64,000 nucleotides of DNA from Clostridia bacterium (GTDB lineage: Bacteria > Bacillota > Clostridia > JAAYHZ01): positions 187,971 to 251,970 of the forward strand of contig JBMNIH010000007.1 in NCBI GenBank assembly GCA_050950825.1, read 5' to 3'. Positions within the stretch are counted from its first letter, which is position 1; every line of letters starts with the position of its first letter. Positions 61,307 to 64,000 of this stretch are shown piece after piece. Under the pieces are notes generated by a model. The model saw only the letters and a program-made list of their open reading frames with translations, did no database searches and had not been told where the DNA came from. A program made the position numbers and the translations under genes.

Positions 61307-61473
61307 GTGGATTTTTGGCGAATCGAGGCCAAGTTTTTCGGTTTCCTCGGTTCCTCCGGTCCTTTGCTTGAAAGGGAAGCTTTCGGTGTGATAGAATACT
61401 TAATAATAATAAGGAACAACAAAGCAAAGAACCTAAATAGGTGCATTTTGATACGGCACGGTAGGGGGTACAT

Positions 61474-62643
61474 ATGATACTGATTAAAAATGCCAAGATC
61501 TTGACCATGGCGGGTAAAAATATCGAATCCGGATATATTATTATCCGAGACGGAAAAATTCGACAACTGGGAACCGATGCGGACATGCCGTCGGAAACCG
61601 GATTTGAAAAGGTGATTGACGCCCACGGAGGCTACGTTTTGCCCGGGTTTGTGGATGCCCACTGTCATATCGGAATGTGGGAAGACGGAGTCGGCCAAGA
61701 AGGAGCCGACGGAAACGAAGCGACGGATCCGGTAACGCCTCAATTGAAGGCCATTGACGGCATCTTTTTTAAAGACAATTGCTTTAACGAAGCAAGAGAA
61801 GCCGGAGTCACCGTCTGCGTCACCGGTCCCGGGAGCGCTAACGTCATAGGCGGCCAATTTGCCGCGGTGAAAACACTGCCGGGTACCCCGGACGATATGA
61901 TCTTAAGCGACTGTATTGCCATGAAGATGGCTTTCGGCGAAAATCCGAAGAGAGTGTACGGCGGACAGAATAAATGCCCTTCCACCCGTATGGGAACGGC
62001 GGCCATTATCCGAGAAAGCCTGTTAATGGCGGATGAATACCAAAGAAAAATCGAACAGGCGAAGGAAAGCAACGAATCCAAAAAGCCGGATTTTAATTAT
62101 AAATATGAGAGCTTGGCGAAGGTACTGGGCGGAAGGCTTCTTGTAAAGGCTCATGCCCACAGGCAGGACGACATCATAACCGCCATTCGTGTTGCAAGAG
62201 AATTCAATCTTCATATGACGATTGAACACGGTACCGAAGGATACTTGATTTCGGAGTACATAAAGAATGCGAATTTCGGCGTCATAGCAGGGCCGATCAT
62301 AAGCGATCGCAGTAAAATCGAGCTTCGAAACCAAAGTCCGAAAAATCCCGGAATATTGGCGAAAGCCGGAATCTTAACCGCCATTATGACGGACCATCCG
62401 GTGATTCCCATCCAATACCTTCCCTTGTGCGCCACCGTGGCTTACAAGGCGGGAATGGACGAGGAAGAAGCGTTGAAGGCCATTACCATCAATGCGGCGA
62501 AGCTCACAGGAATCGACCATCGGGTAGGAAGCATAGAGCCCGGAAAGGATGCGGATATTTCCGTATTCGACGGACATCCTTTCGAATTCCGAACAAAATT
62601 ACGCTATGTATTTATAAACGGTAAATTGGTACATGAGGGATAA
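61474..62643 (+). CDS. Metal-dependent amidohydrolase
   Basis: 'PGFVDAHCHIG', 'TDHPV' and 'GSIEPGKDADI' are typical of the amidohydrolase superfamily. Confidence 0.8.
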   Translation: MILIKNAKILTMAGKNIESGYIIIRDGKIRQLGTDADMPSETGFEKVIDAHGGYVLPGFVDAHCHIGMWEDGVGQEGADGNEATDPVTPQLKAIDGIFFKDNCFNEAREAGVTVCVTGPGSANVIGGQFAAVKTLPGTPDDMILSDCIAMKMAFGENPKRVYGGQNKCPSTRMGTAAIIRESLLMADEYQRKIEQAKESNESKKPDFNYKYESLAKVLGGRLLVKAHAHRQDDIITAIRVAREFNLHMTIEHGTEGYLISEYIKNANFGVIAGPIISDRSKIELRNQSPKNPGILAKAGILTAIMTDHPVIPIQYLPLCATVAYKAGMDEEEALKAITINAAKLTGIDHRVGSIEPGKDADISVFDGHPFEFRTKLRYVFINGKLVHEG

Positions 62644-63127
62644 ATATATTCGGACAATTGAAACCCGCAACGAAGAAGAAACGAAGGCGTTCGGGAAGTT
62701 TTTAGGTGAACATGCCAAGGCCGGGGATACCTTTTGTTTGACCGGCGATTTGGGCAGCGGAAAAACCGTATTGACAAAAGGAATAGCGGAAGGCTTGGGG
62801 TTGTCCGACGAAGTGACAAGCCCTACATTCGCCTTAATGAACATTTATCAAGGCGAGGTTCCGCTGTATCATTTCGATGTTTATCGCTTGGAGGATCCCT
62901 CCATGATCGCGGATATCGGTTTTTACGATTTCGTAGGAAGCGACGGCGTATCGGTTATCGAATGGGCGGACCTTATACAAGACTATTTGCCGGACGGATA
63001 CATTCGACTGGATATCAAAAGGGATTTTAAAACCGGAAGCGACCGAAGGGTCATAACGGTGTATCAAAAAGGAGAGAGCATGGCCCACGTCCTGCATGCA
63101 TTAGAGGAACGGGAGAAAGAACTATGA
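62633..63127 (+). CDS. tsaE: tRNA t6A37 biosynthesis ATPase TsaE
   Basis: 'LTGDLGSGKT', 'SPTFALMN', 'HFDVYRL' and 'IEWAD' are present. Confidence 0.9.
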   Translation: MRDKYIRTIETRNEEETKAFGKFLGEHAKAGDTFCLTGDLGSGKTVLTKGIAEGLGLSDEVTSPTFALMNIYQGEVPLYHFDVYRLEDPSMIADIGFYDFVGSDGVSVIEWADLIQDYLPDGYIRLDIKRDFKTGSDRRVITVYQKGESMAHVLHALEEREKEL

Positions 63128-63813
63128 TTGTATTGGCCGTTGATACTGCAACCAAAGCGGCTTCGGCCGCCTTAATTGATAACGGGGAAATCCGTTCGGA
63201 GTTTTTGATCAACAATCGAACGATGCATTCGAGAAATTTAATGCCTTTGGTGGAGGAAGCGGTCAAGGCCGCCGGCATCAAGAAGTCGGATATCGATTTG
63301 TTTGCTTCCACCGTCGGACCCGGATCCTTTACCGGAGTTCGAATCGGGGTTGCAACCGTGAAGGCTATGGCATACGCATTGAAAAAGCCCGTCGTAGGCA
63401 TCAACACGTTGGACTGCTTGGCATATGATGTCTGCGAATACGAGAAATTGATTTGCCCCGTTTTGGATGCGAGAAACGAACAGGTTTTTTGTGCCGTATA
63501 TCGTAAGGACGAGAACAATACCTTGGAACGCCTGACCGACTACATGGGTATTCCCATAGAGGAGCTGATGGAACTTTTGGAAGGCTATCAAAAAGACGTC
63601 ATTTTTACGGGAGATGCCTATGAAATGTGCCTCCGCCGAGAGCCTTCTCGAAAATTTAGAAAGTACGGTGTTCACCGCGGCGCCTATATGCCTAAAGCTT
63701 CTACGGTAGGACTGATGGCCCTTCATGAGCCTTTCACGGATCCCGCTCTTTTAAAGCCGTTTTATCTACGAATGTCTCAAGCCGAAAGATTAATGGGTAG
63801 CAAAAATGAGTGA
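63124..63813 (+). CDS. tsaB: tRNA t6A37 biosynthesis protein TsaB
   Basis: 'LAVDTATKAASAAL' and 'GPGSFTGVRIGVATVKA' are present. It overlaps the tsaE stop. Confidence 0.9.
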   Translation: MIVLAVDTATKAASAALIDNGEIRSEFLINNRTMHSRNLMPLVEEAVKAAGIKKSDIDLFASTVGPGSFTGVRIGVATVKAMAYALKKPVVGINTLDCLAYDVCEYEKLICPVLDARNEQVFCAVYRKDENNTLERLTDYMGIPIEELMELLEGYQKDVIFTGDAYEMCLRREPSRKFRKYGVHRGAYMPKASTVGLMALHEPFTDPALLKPFYLRMSQAERLMGSKNE

Positions 63814-64000
63814 TCGAATACGCATCGTAAGAAGCAATGATAGTCATATTGACGGTATCTATGAAATTGAAAAGTCCGTATTCGCCGTTCCTTGGTCGAA
63901 AAAGGCTTTGTATGAAGATATCGTGGAAAATATCTTATCCTATTACGTTACCGCTTTGTCGGAAAAGGAAAAACGCGTTGTGGGATACGGCGGAATGTGG
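63806..64000 (+). CDS. rimI: Ribosomal-protein-alanine N-acetyltransferase, 3' end outside the window
   Basis: The ATG overlaps the tsaB stop. 'IYEIEKSVFAVPWS' is GNAT RimI-like. The conserved tsaE-tsaB-rimI order is kept. Confidence 0.75.
   Translation, partial: MSDRIRIVRSNDSHIDGIYEIEKSVFAVPWSKKALYEDIVENILSYYVTALSEKEKRVVGYGGMW

Overview
This looks like a Firmicutes (Clostridia-like) chromosomal segment. Both flanks are ordinary housekeeping backbone. On the left: two ABC exporters, an MFS transporter, spoIID-like/queA/tgt/yajC, glpK, ROK kinases and truA-rplM-rpsI. On the right: two GH-like proteins, ybjQ, a TetR/ABC/FtsX module, a flavodiiron protein, an amidohydrolase and tsaE-tsaB-rimI. 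Directly after the rpsI terminator begins a visibly AT-rich accessory island of about 29 kb (about 19.6-48.75 kb) that is riddled with insertion sequences. Its main cargo is a complete six-gene type 1 BREX cassette (brxA-brxB-brxC-pglX-pglZ-brxL). The pglX methyltransferase gene in that cassette is broken by two separate +1 frameshifts. Downstream of brxL lie a higher-GC four-gene Mu/Tn552-like transposition module with about 25-bp imperfect terminal inverted repeats, and a tyrosine recombinase gene hit twice (5' end lost at the transposon border, body split by an IS4-family element with a clean TTAATAA duplication). Next come an IS3-family element, a frameshifted IS1182-family copy, and a two-gene SMODS nucleotidyltransferase + S-4TM membrane effector module (CBASS-like). 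The island ends with a RelE/ParE toxin whose antitoxin is N-terminally truncated by an IS256-family element. Two IS256 copies with identical transposase proteins, in direct orientation, bracket 26.6 kb that includes BREX and the SMODS module. Two IS1182 copies (one decayed, one intact) bracket the island/backbone junction. A cluster of about 18-bp repeats sits exactly at the rpsI-proximal island border. I found no rRNA, tRNA or CRISPR array. All functional calls rest on motif and family recognition by eye; no database search was run.
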